Assembly (NCBI GenBank): GCA_964016885.1
Contig: CAXHJY010000818.1
Coordinates: forward strand, 62,001 to 126,000
Source of the DNA: Eledone cirrhosa
Taxonomy: Eukaryota
Direction: 5' to 3'
Length of the DNA: 64,000 bases
The notes under the pieces were generated by a model. It worked only from the letters and a program-made list of their open reading frames with translations. It was not told the DNA's origin and did no database searches. This document shows positions 13,642 to 27,478 of the stretch, piece by piece; positions within the stretch are counted from its first letter, which is position 1; each line of letters starts with the position of its first letter. The position numbers and the translations under genes are program-made.

Positions 13642-14144
13642 ATATAACTACATATACATATGTGTGTGTATATATTGTATACGTGTGCGTGTTTGTGCAT
13701 GTATGTGTATGTATGTGTTTATGTATTTGTATATGTATATTTATGTGTGAGAGTGTGTGTATGTGTTTACGATTTCGTACGTATGTATACGTGCATTTGT
13801 GTGTATTACTTGCCATGCGTGTCTGTCCAGTTAGCTGCCTAATGTAACGGTGTCAAAAACTTTTTAATATTTATATAATTTTTTTTTCTTTTTTTTCTTT
13901 TCTTATATTTATTTGCGTGTATGAATATGTAGAGGAGTGCATTTATGTATGTGTATGTATGTACGTATGTATATATGTATGATTGTGTGAATGTATGTAT
14001 GTATATATGTGTGTGTATGGCTATGTTTGTATATGTGTGTGTGTGTATGTGTGTGTATGTATGAATGTATGTATGTGTATATGTGTATGTATGTGTATGT
14101 GTATATAAGTGTATGTTTTATATATATGTGTATGTGTATATATG

Positions 14145-14175
<31 letters not shown>

Positions 14176-14835
14176 TAAATTGTAGAGTGCTTCTTATCCG
14201 ATATCTGCATTGCTTTATTGTACTACAATAAAACTCACCTCCTACATTATATATATATATATATATATATTTCGTTTCTGAATTTGTTTAGCAAGATTCT
14301 TTATCTGAAATCGTGTGTTGAAACCGATATTGTTACACTTTGGGAGGGTCATGCTGCCAATAAGAAACACACGCACCAGTTGCTTTCACTTCAATTTAAT
14401 TTATTAAATATTTATAAATTTACAAATTTATAAATTTCTGGTTGGTTGGTTGGTTCCACAACCAGATAGTTGTTTATATATATATAGTCATAGTTCTTTC
14501 GTCACACACTCTGTGACCTCTTCAGTGACTGGGGATTTCTTTCTTCGTTTCTGTGCCTTTCCTTTCTTCTATCCTACGCCAAACAAAATGGCGTAGGATA
14601 GAAGAAAGGAAAGGCACAGAAACGAAGAAAGAAATCCCCAGTCACTGAAGAGGTCACAGAGTGTGTGACGAAAGAACTATGACTATATATATATAAACAA
14701 CTATCTGGTTGTGGAACCAACCAACCAACCAGAAATTTATAAATTTGTAAATTTATAAATATTTAATAAATTAAATTGAAGTGAAAGCAACTGGTGCGTG
14801 TGTTTCTTATTGGCAGCATGACCCTCCCAAAGTGT

Positions 14836-14883
<48 letters not shown>

Positions 14884-15304
14884 GTTTGAATATGTGTAAT
14901 AAGGCCAAAACAATGCAGGTATGGACATAGAAAAAAGAATGCAATAGTGAAAGATATTGATGAGAATTCGTCTTTCACCTTGAATTTATTTAAATGTCCT
15001 TAATTTTCGAGATAATATCTCTTCTTCGGAGGGAAGTAAAGGTCTCAAACCAGCGTCTTTAAATCTCTAGCCAAGCCTTAAAGACGCTGGTTTGAGACCT
15101 TTACTTCCCTCCGAAGAAGAGATATTATCTCGAAAATTAAGGACATTTAAATAAATTCAAGGTGAAAGACGAATTCTCATCAATATCTTTCACTATTGCA
15201 TTCTTTTTTCTATGTCCATACCTGCATTGTTTTGGCCTTATTACACATATTCAAACGTTTATACCTCATTACACAATGCTTCAAGTGAACTATAACCTTC
15301 TCCC

Positions 15305-15338
<34 letters not shown>

Positions 15339-17363
15339 ATGTATGCTTTTGTGTTTTTTTGTGTGTGTGTTTGCATGTGTAGTTTTATTTTATTTTTCCT
15401 TTCCTTCTTCCTTCTCCAGCCTCACTTTCATATAGATTGTATTTTTGTTTTTTAAAATCCAAATTCAATAAACAAACCAGGATTTTTTCATTCTGAGGAT
15501 TGAAAGCAAAACCTTTTGCTTTTAAGAAACCACTGGTAAATGGAATAATTGCCTTATGTTGTTTATTACATAATAATAATAATTAAGCTCTGTTGCCTAC
15601 ATAGAGCACTCTTTTTTCCTGGACTTTTCCGACGGAATTACTTCATTCACACATATATATATATATAGATAGATAAATAAATATACACCGGTGTATATTT
15701 ACACTACTTGTTTGTATGGTTAAGGCCACATGGTATTGCAATCTTGTCGCAATGTGGTTAACACTACATGTTTGTAGGGTTAAGGCCACATGGTATGGCG
15801 ATCATGTGGTTAACACTATATATATAGTGTATATATTGTTACTCTGGTTGTTTATATATATAGTGTATATATTGTTACTCTGGTTGTTTATATATATAGT
15901 GTATATATTGTTACTCTGGTTGTTTATATATATAGTGTATATATTGTTACTCTGGTTGTTTATATATATAGTGTATATATTGTTACTCTGGTTGTTTATA
16001 TATATAGTGTATATATTGTTACTCTGGTTGTTTATATATATAGTGTATATATTGTCGTTACTCTATTTGTTCATGAATGTATATTTTTGTTTGCAGTATA
16101 TACATATTCCTCACTCTACAATCCCAAGTATCTAGTACTCTTGTGAGTAATGGTTTAACTGGTTTTTACTGCATCAATTTCGGATACATATGTAACACTG
16201 ATTCTTTGTTCCCTTATATATTAATACTATAATATATATATAAATCGAAAGTCTGTCTTTAGCCAAAAGGCTCATTTGGTCGGTGCTTATCCCGGTTTCA
16301 TGGCGTAAAGCGACCGAGAGTATAAGACCCCCCCCCCCCGGGACAGGACGCCAGTCCATCGCAGAGTTAACCTCCAGCTATTGCTGGTACACATTTTCAG
16401 CTGCATATACTGGAAATGAAGTGTTTAAACTCTACTTTGTACGGAGTATTGAGTACTCTTTTCTCTCAGACGCCAATGTCATACGGATCTATATCTCTCT
16501 CTCTATATATATATATAAACAGGGAAGACGGCAACACCTACAAAACGTGTTCCTGGTGTTGAGGGTTGTTCTATCCACGGGGTGTAAAACAACCCCGCAG
16601 TAGCGCCCCTCCCCCCTAATGGGGATTTCAATTGTTTTATTTTTATATAGTTTATTGTTATCTATCATTGTTAAAAATTTTATGTAAAACCACGGCCGTC
16701 AAGTCTTATAATTGTTTCTACTTTTGGCACAAGGCCAGCAATTACCCAGTGCATTACTGGTACTTTATTTTATCGACCCCGTAAGGATGAAAGGCAAAGT
16801 TAACCTCGGCGGGATTTGAACTCAGAATAGCAAGGGCCGTAACTCTATGCGTCAAAGCATGGCGTCCGACTCTCTACCGATACTGCCAATCCACCGTCAA
16901 GTCTTATAATGTCCCATTTTTGTACGCCGCTGTGGCAAATAAAGAAAGATATCTATCTCTCTCTATATATATATAATTACAACAGTGACATAAACAGGTA
17001 CTCAAGTTTCGTTGGGTTCTGGGCCCCAACTCATTCAGCCTGTTATGAGAAAAATAAAAAAACTTGACAGGCTGAACGAGTTGGGGCCCAGAACCCAACG
17101 AAACTTGAGTACCTGTTTATGTCACTGTTGTAATTATTTATACTAAACTCGTTCTATGGACTGAGTGCTCTTACTCTTGGATATTTCCACTTAACTTTTA
17201 CTTCAGTATATATATATATATATATATAACAAAGGAAATGTGGTAAGGAACCAGATGGACCATAACACACCAGAGTACACAATACTTAGGGTAGTAGAGT
17301 GGGAAATAGGAAAAATGATGACCCCGTCGAAACGGCTTGAGCTCTGCCGTCGGGGTCATACTT

Positions 17364-17431
<68 letters not shown>

Positions 17432-20400
17432 ATTTAGGACCCCAACGGCTGAGCTCCGGCCGTTTCGTAAGCTAGATCCGAATCAGCCCACTCGAGTACT
17501 CTGGTGAGTTATGGTCCACCTAGTATCTTACCACACCCTCTTTGTTATATGTAACACACACACACATTATGATTTTTCTAATGTTTTATTTATTTATTTA
17601 TTTTTGTTTTTCTCTCTTCAGGGGTTTTAAAAATATTTTACATCTTAATTCTTGGGTACTTGGTACTACTACAGCAGACTGATGCTACTGGTATGTGTGT
17701 TATTATTATTATTTATCAACTGTGTTATTATTATTTAGGGGCGGTGAATTGGCAGTATCGGTAGAGGGTCGGACGCCATGCTTTGACGCATAGAGTTACG
17801 GCCCTTGCCATTCTGAGTTCAAATCCCGCCGAGGTTAACTTTGCCTTTCATCCTTACGGGGTCGATAAAATAAAGTACCAGTAATGTACTGGATTATTTG
17901 CTGGCCTTGTGCCAATAGTAGAAACAATTATTATTATTTATCAACTCTTGTGGTTAATAAAGAAAGCATTATTTTGTGCCTAAAGTAGAAACAATTATTA
18001 TTATATTGGCAGTATAACTTGGCAGGTTAACTTTGCTTTTCATCCTTACGGGGTCGATAAAATAAAGTACCAGTAATGCAATGGGGTCGATTTAATCGAC
18101 TTTCCCCTCCCCCAAATTACTGGCCTTGTGCCAGTAATCATTATTTCTCCAGCGGTGGATTGGCAGTATCGGTAGAGTCGGACGCCATGCTTTCTAGCAT
18201 AGTTACGTCCCTTTACGATCTGAGTTCAAATCCCGCCGAGGTTGACTTTGCCTTTCATCCTTACGGGGGTCGATAAAATAAAGTACCAGTAATACACTGG
18301 AATAATTGCTGGCCTTGTGCCAAAAGTAGAAACAATTATTTCTGCAGCTGTTTTTTTGCCTCCTTACTAAACCAAGTTGACGTCATAACTGATGACCTAG
18401 CAATTTTTGGTTACTTTCTTCGGTGGTTTATCTTCTCATCCAACCTTCTCAAAATTCTAGCTGCTCCTACCACCACAACTACTACTACTACCACCACAAC
18501 TACTACTACTACGACCACAACTACTACTACTACCACCACAACTACTACTACTACCACCACAACTACTACTACTACCACCACAACTACTACTACTACTACC
18601 ACCACAACTACTACTACCACCACAACTACTACTACCACCACAACTACTACTACCACCACCACAACTACTACCACCACCACCACAACTACTACTACCACCA
18701 CAACTACTACTACCACCACAACTACTACTACCACCACCACAACTACTACTACCACCACAACTACTACTACCACCACAACTACTACTACTACCACAACTAC
18801 TACTACCACCACCACCACAACTACTACTACCACCACCACAACTACTACTACCACCACCACAACTACTACTACCACCACAACTACTACTACCACCACAACT
18901 ACTAACACCACCACAACTACTACTACCACCACAACTACTACTACCACCACCACAACTACTACTACCACCACAACTACTACTACCACCACCACAACTACTA
19001 CTACCACCTCAACTACTACTACCACCACAACTACTACTACCACCACCACCACAACTACTATTACCACCACCACAACTACTTCTACCACCACCACAACTAC
19101 TACTACCACCACAACTACTACTACAACCAACACCACCACCACTACTACCACCACCACCACTACTACTACTAACACCACCACCACTACTACTACTACTAAC
19201 ACCACCACCACTACTACTACTAACACCACCGCTACTACTAACACCACCACCTCTACTACTAACACCACCACCACCACTACTACCACCACCACCACTACTA
19301 CTAACACCACCACTACTACTAACACCACCACCACTACTACTACCACCACCACCACCACTACTACCACCACTACTACTACTACTACTACCACCACCACCAC
19401 TACTACTAACACCACCACCATAAACAGTACAGTTTCTCTTTCATTGCAGAATCTTCCCGCTATACAATATACCGGAATGTTTTGGAATATATTGTGGTTA
19501 GTTTCAACTCTTCATTTCAGCCCAACAATTATTGGAAAGTCGAATGGTAACTACAGAATTAAATTACTACAATTTGTACTATTGCGATCATGTGACCATG
19601 TGGTTAACACTACATGGTTGTGTGGGTAAGGCCACATGGTGTTGCAATCATGTGGTTAACACTACATGGTTGTGTGGGTAAGGCCACATGGTGTTGCATC
19701 ATGTGGTTAATGCTACATGTTTGTAGGGTTAAGGCCACATGGTATTGCGATCATGTGGTTAACACTACATGGTTGTGTGGTTAAGGCCACATGGTATTGC
19801 GATCATGTGGCCATGTGGTTAACACTACATGGCTGTGTGTTAAGGCCACATAGTATTGTGATCATGTGGTTAACACGTGTATAGGGTTAAGGCCACATGG
19901 TATTGTGATCATGTGGTTAACACTACTTGTTTGTATGGTTAAGGCCACATGGTATTGCAATCTTGACGCCATGTGGTTAACACTACATGTTTGTAGGGTT
20001 AAGGCCACATGGTATGGCGATCATGTGGTTAACACTACATGGTTGTGTGGTTAAGGCCACATGGTATTGCGATCATGTGGCCATGTGGTTAACACTACAT
20101 GGTTGTGTGGTTATGGCCACACAGTATTGTTATCATGTGGTTAACACTACATGGTTGTGTGGCTAAAGCCCATGGTTATGTGGTTAACGCTACATGTTTG
20201 TGTGGTTAAGGCCACATGGTATTCTAATCATGTGGTTAATACTACATGGTTGTCGTTATGGCCACATGGTGTTGTAATCATGTGGCTATATGGTTAAAAC
20301 CACATGATGTTGTAACCATGGTTATGTGGTTAAGCCCACATGGTGTTGCAAACATGTAGTATTTGGTTCTGTCCCACCTAATGGCACACTGGACAATTGT

Positions 20401-23400
20401 ATTCTAATGTAATGTCACACCGATCTATGGCTTGTAGACTGAATTAGCGTGGAAGTCCGTCTTACACACATGCATACATGCACACAGACACACTCACACA
20501 CACAGATATATATAGTATTAAATAGATCAAAGGCCATATGCAGTTGTATTTAGGTTTATTTTTATCTCCATGACACATTTTGCCGAGGTCTACAGCTAGA
20601 TAGTTTTCTTCCTACCTATTCCAATACTCGACAGGCGGTAGAAAAACCCTTTAACATTTAAATATCCGGCCAGAATTCTCTCACCTCTTTCTCTTCAAAC
20701 TGGCTGTAACTGGCCACTCATACTGATGTTAAGGTATGGTTCTCAAAATAAATAATATCAAAATCTCATAGATTTGATATTATGTGAGGTAAAGCCTTTA
20801 TCACGAAAATACAATAGTAAATATAGAGTAATGTACATGTTACGTGAGGTAAAGCCTTTATTGTGGAAATACAATAGTAAATATAGAGTAATGTACATGT
20901 TACGTGAGGTAAAGCCTTTATTGTGGAAATACAATAGTAAATATAGAGTAATGTAAATACTAAAGGGTTAAAACAATTTTGCACAACTTGAAAACCTTAA
21001 AAATATTAAAAATCTTCCTGAAAAAATTTCTAAATCTTCCTCAAAAAATTTGTTTCATTTTGTGATACAGGGCTCAGAAGAATGTGTTGTTGTTTCTATG
21101 CCACCTGACCCTTGATGATTTCTTTTGAATGAAACAGTTCTAGTCCTGTAGAAGCCATTTCTATCTTAAACTTGATGTTTACACTACTAATGTATTGAGT
21201 ACTTTACTAACTGTGGTTACCCCTGATTGAACCCAGGACTCATATTTATATATATGCCAATCACATATATGTATTACTGCGTGACCTCTGGCATCACGCA
21301 CATGGCTACAAGCCGAAGCTGGAGCCTAGAGACAATATGCCCCCACCCCCTCCCACTGTAAAGTGGTCGTGGAGGGGCCACGGCAAAAAAGCACCCAGCA
21401 CTCACTGTAAATGAGGTTGGTGTTAGGAAGGGCATCCAGCTGTAGAAATCAAACCAGAATCAGTTCCCGTATGAGCAAGACATGGTCAGCCGACCAGACA
21501 CTGCCCACAACAGGACAACCCGTCTAACCCATGCTAGCGTGGAAGAATGGACTAAAAACTGTGATGATGATGATATACCAATCTCATATATGTGATTGGC
21601 ATCTTCCAGCCTGATAAGTTGAACACTCTACATTTACATCTCATAAATATATATATATATACAATATTAATATATAAGGGAACAAAGAATCAGTGTTGCA
21701 TCGTATACATATTTAATTACATATTACATATGTTTCACTGTCGATCAGCTCGAGGAACGATCTATTAATGATTGAACCTGACTCTGGAATCGGAAGCTCC
21801 TCAGATATGTTTTTAACATGTAGACTCAAGTCTACATGTTAAAAACATACCTGAGGAGCTTCCGATTAAAAAACATTAATAGATCGTTCCTCGAGCTGAT
21901 CGACAATGAAACATATGTAATATGTAATTAAATATGTATATGATGTAACACTGATTCTTTGTTCCCTTATTAATATTATTGATACTTTGCTCCCCAAGAG
22001 CATCGAGTGCTCATTCGGCATACCACCTATGGATGCAATTAATTTACACCTTAATACCTATGTATATGATATGTGTATATATATATATAAATATGATTTA
22101 TGATTGACACATACATATATACATTTTCATCTCTCCAGTATTTCCTTTAAGCAGCTGTTAGATGTATTTCTAGTGACTAATTCTAATGTCTGTTGTTTTC
22201 AGTTATTGTTCATTATATAACAAAACATGGTCACCTTGTAAAAACATATCTTCCAATAAATTCGATTCTTTTGAGAAACTGTATTTTTGTTTCAATATAA
22301 CTATCAATGAACAACAACAAGTTTGGAGTGAAACCAAATGTTTCAAGAAATTAGATATTCCAAGTAAGTATATTGAATATATTAACCCTTTTTCTACCAA
22401 ACCACCTGAAACCTCCTTGGTTTTATCATATACATCTCCCCATATTGAAAAATATCTATATTCAAAACTTCCATGAAATTGTTTGTTTGTTTTTAAAAGA
22501 AATTTTTGTTAAGTAATGTTCTCAACATCAGTTTAGTAATAAAAAGGGGAATTATTTCAATAAATTTAATAATGAAAAGGTGAATTATCTTAATAATTTG
22601 CTCCAAATTTTTGACGATTTGAAAAAAAAATGAATTGAAACATATATTTCATTAGAAATATGCAAACTTTGACAACAAAAAGTTTCTCCCTATGTACAAA
22701 GGACGACTGCATGTGCCTGCTTCCAAAATGCCTAGTTAGCATGATGTCTGTCATTTATCTGAAAAGAAATAATAATTAGAACAGGAGACTGCGATGGTAT
22801 GGACAGATGATGCGCATGGAGGATGACTGATGGATGAAGAAGTGCCAAGAAATGCCAGTTGAAGGAAGACGCAGTAGAGGAAGACCACGAAAAACATGGG
22901 CAGTGGTGGTGAGAGCAGACCTCAGATTGCTGAAGCTCACGGTGGAGATGACAAAGGACTGTGACAAGTGGAGAGATGCTGTGCTGAATAGGACCCATCC
23001 CAACCTTGCAAGCAGGGAAAAGCGGACGTTAAATGATGATGATGATGTATAACATATGTATATGTACAATATATGTATGTATAATATATATATGTATAAT
23101 ATATGTATGTATAATATATGTATATGTATAATATATATAAATACTTGTGTTTTTCAGTTTCTTTGCCACCTTTGGAGAACATTAAGTTTTCATCTTTACA
23201 GACTTCTGATCCTTATAAAAAGTCATTAAATCTGGAATTGGTGAAAAGCTATTCTCCGGCATTATTTATATATCGTATAAGGTACAGAATTCGGTATTGG
23301 CCAGAATGGAAACCCACAGAAGTTACAAATGTAAGTCAATTTTTAAGAGCTGACATTTAAGAATTTGGAGAGATTTAGTAATATAACTAACTTTTACGTT

Positions 23401-25681
23401 AGCCCCCCCCCCCCCCCCCACACACACACTCTCTAATACAAAACTGTTCATAAATGTTTGTATTTATCTAAAAACTTTCCCTCATAATTTTATGTAGGAA
23501 GCTTTGTTATGTTATGTTCCAAACATGAGCTTAATAATGAGAAAGTTATATTACTTGATATCCCCCCTCCATACACACGCACACATGCATATCATGACTC
23601 ATACACTGTTCACTTTCCTGACATTTGTATATTATTCTATGTACTATACTTGCACCTTTGATGAGTGTAGTGCAGCTGAGCACTGTAAACAATAATTCCA
23701 TTATTATTATTATTATTTAAATCACTCCATGTTCTTGATTATTTGTAAAATTAATTGAAAATTCTGGGCAGTGTCTTTCATGAGAAATATGATAATGAAT
23801 GGGTTAAAAGTGAACTAGAAGCTTGTTTATAGGGAGGAAAAATAAAGGAAAGAAGCTGATCATAAGATCAGAACAAAGAAACAATGTTTCTATTGTTCCT
23901 TCCATTGCTAATACTATCTGTCAGTCACAACTTCTGGCAAAAGAGGCAGGATACAAACTCAGAATGCACAGAACTGGACCAGATACCAAAAAACATTCTG
24001 TGAGACTCTTTAACTATGCCATCAATTTACCACCCATGGACTGGTACTTTATTTATCAGTCCTGAAAGGATGGAAATTATAGGATCTGAATTCAGGACAC
24101 TGAAACCCGGAATACATATCTGAGTCATTTAATCCACCTCACAAATGACTCTAACTTACTGCACTTGTTTTATAATTTACTTCTTCTTGAACCACTTATT
24201 CCTAGAAGGGTCTTGGATGTAGAGTTCTCAGGTACATTTTCCAGCAAGTCCTATCAAAAGCAGTCGTCTCCAACTGATCCCCAAGCGATCTCATGGATAT
24301 TATCCAACTATCTTACTTGAGGGTTTACCCCTAGGTTTCCTGTTGGCTGGTTTTGCCCATAAAATCTGACCAGCAATTCTTTCATGAGACATTTTAACCA
24401 AATGTCGATAATATAGGAGCTGTGATGTCTCAATTCGGAGAAGTATCGACTCTACCTGGAGCGTCTCTGATCTCCGAGCTACACCCCGTCGAGTAATGTT
24501 ACTCTAAAGACCCTTTGGAGGAACCTCTTTCTAACCACATGCCCATAATATTAGAGCTGTGATCTCTCAATTCAGAGAAGTAGCGGCTCTACCTGGATTG
24601 ACTCCCTGAACTCCGAGCTACGCATCCTATCAAGTAATGTTACATCAAAGACCCTTCAAAAGGAACCCTATTTCAGCTGCTTGTATTTCTTATCATATAC
24701 TTCCAGCCTTTACCCAAGATTCATGACTTTCTTTAATTCTATTCAATCCATGTCATTTGAGTGTAATTTATTCACATGTATGAATATAACTGAAGAAAGT
24801 TATCAAGTAGTAATGAACAGACGATCGTAACTTGTGGTAGTCATCCTTTTGTCCTTTTATACTCTTTTCAACTGGAGAGCAACTATCTAAAATTACCTTT
24901 TGGAGTTACTTCCCTTACATTAAGTTACTTGTGATAAGAGTTGTTTGTGCATGTTTGTAATCTTTTTATATATTTTATACAAAAAATTGTTTTTTTGGGG
25001 AGATGTTATTTTTTTTTATTTTTTAATCCAGATGATGTCACATCCTTCCCAAACGTTTATTTTGAAAGACCTAATGCCCTTTACCAACTACACATTCATC
25101 GCAGATTTCAAAAGTATCGGGAAGCAGCAATTTATACCGGAATGGTCTCCATCATTTAAAAAATATTTTATAACAGAAACTGGTTTGTTTCAATTTTGTT
25201 TTTAATATTTTATGATGGGTTGGTAGAGGTGGTTGATAGAACATGGGATAAAATGCCATCGTGGTATTTGTCTGGCTTTTTACATTCTGAGTTCAAATCC
25301 TGCCAAAGTCAACTTTGTCTTTCATCTACTCTCCCTCTTTCTGAAGTTGATAAAAGAAACTACCAGTAAAATACTGGGGTTGATTTAATCAACTCTGCTC
25401 TTCCCCCAAATTTACTGGTTTTGTGACTAAATTTGCAGCCGATATTCCATGGTGGATTTGCAGCATAGGTAGAACAACAAATAAAATGTCTTTTGCCATT
25501 TTGATATATCTATTTATATTCTGAGTTCAAAATCTCATTGGAGTGGACTTGGTTTTTTCTTCTTTTATCGTCAATGAAATGAAGTTCCTGTCAAGTTTTC
25601 AGAATAATTGATAATTTGAGTATGGCCTTAACATATGTGGTCTTGTATCAATAGTAGAAATCAAGAGTTCACATTTCACAA

Positions 25682-25715
<34 letters not shown>

Positions 25716-26323
25716 CATATATAAATAAAGGGAACAAAGAATCAGTGTTGCATCATATACATATTTAATTACATATGTTTCACTGTCAATCAGCTCGAGG
25801 AACGATCTATTAATGATCAGACCTGACTCTGGAATTGGAAGTTCCTCAGATATGTTTTAACGGACGCAATTAACTTGCACCTTGACACTTATATATATAT
25901 ATATATATATATAGTGTAAACAAAGTTTCATACACTTAACATGTATGTGTTACCAATAGTTTCAGGGTCCAGTCATGGCCACCACCGTATATTGGAAGAG
26001 GCACTTCTAAGCTGGCCCTTCATTCAGGCACGTGAAAAAAAAAACGATAAGACACGTGATGGTTTTGTATTGTTTTATTTTTTAGTATGTGTTAATATAT
26101 TTGTTTCTACTTTTGGCACAAGGCCAGCAATTACCCAGTACATTACTGGTACTTTATTTAATCGACCCTGTAAGGATGAAATGCTAATTTAACCTCGGTG
26201 GGATTTGAACTCAGACCGTAAAGGGACGTAACTGTGCTGGAAATATATATATATATATTTATTTTAAGACTATATATATATATATAGTCTTAAAATATAT
26301 ATATATATATAGTCTTAAAATAA

Positions 26324-26360
<37 letters not shown>

Positions 26361-26368
26361 TAAAATAA

Positions 26369-26399
<31 letters not shown>

Positions 26400-27445
26400 G
26401 TCTTAAAATAAATATAAATATATATATATATATTAAGACTATATATATATATATAAAGACTATATATATATATATAAAGACTATATATATATATATAAAG
26501 ACTATATATATATATATAAAGACTATATATATATATATAAAGACTATATATATATATATATAAAGACTATATATATATAAAGACTATATATATATAAAGA
26601 CTATATATATATATATATATAAAGACTATATATATATATATATAAAGACTATATATATATATATATTAAGACTATATATATATATATATATATGGAGGCA
26701 CATGGCTTAGTGGTTAGAGCATTGGCCTTGCAATCGAAAGGTTGTGAGTTCAATTCTCAGACCGGGTGATGTGTTGTTTCCTTGAGCAAGACACTTTATT
26801 TCACATTGCTCCAGTTTACTCAGCTGTAGAAATGAGATGATAGGGGCTGGGGTCCCTATCATTCCACTGCAAAGTGGTCGTGGAGGTGCCACGGCAAAAA
26901 AGCACCCAGCACTCACTGTAAATGAGGTTGGTGTTAGGAAGGGCATCCAGCTGTAGAAATCAAGCCAGAATCAGTTCCCGTCCCACCCTTGCAAGCAGGG
27001 AAAAAACGGACGTAAAATGAAATGATGATGATGATATATTAAGACTATATATATATTAAGACTATATATATATATATTAAGACTATATATATATATATAT
27101 ATTAAGAATATATATATATATTAAGAATATATATATATTAAGAATATATATATATATTAAGAATATATATATATATATATGTGTGTGAGTGTGTTAATAT
27201 AATATTCTCTCTTTCGTCACAAACAATGGTCATTGTTTTATTTCTTGCCAGCTGCTCCTTACCCAGTCCAAACCACAAATAGCAGTTACTATGAATGGAA
27301 TTGTTCCAACACAACCCAGGAAAGGTGTATTACAGTATTTTGGCAGGTATGAAGAAATGTTTCTATTTGTATATCTAACAAGTAAAGTAATATCATCATT
27401 TTACGTCCACTTTTCCCTGCTTGCAAGGGTGGGACTTTTATATAT

Positions 27446-27478
<33 letters not shown>

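Noticed and set aside
18343-19629. Long open poly-Thr frame that could be a mucin-like exon of the receptor
   Set aside because: The frame is open because of the trinucleotide repeat. The acceptor at 18348 has the wrong phase, and the gene splices cleanly 17690 to 19450 in another frame.
26694-26770. tRNA gene
   Set aside because: tRNA-like head of a SINE without a complete acceptor stem; continues into the SINE core.
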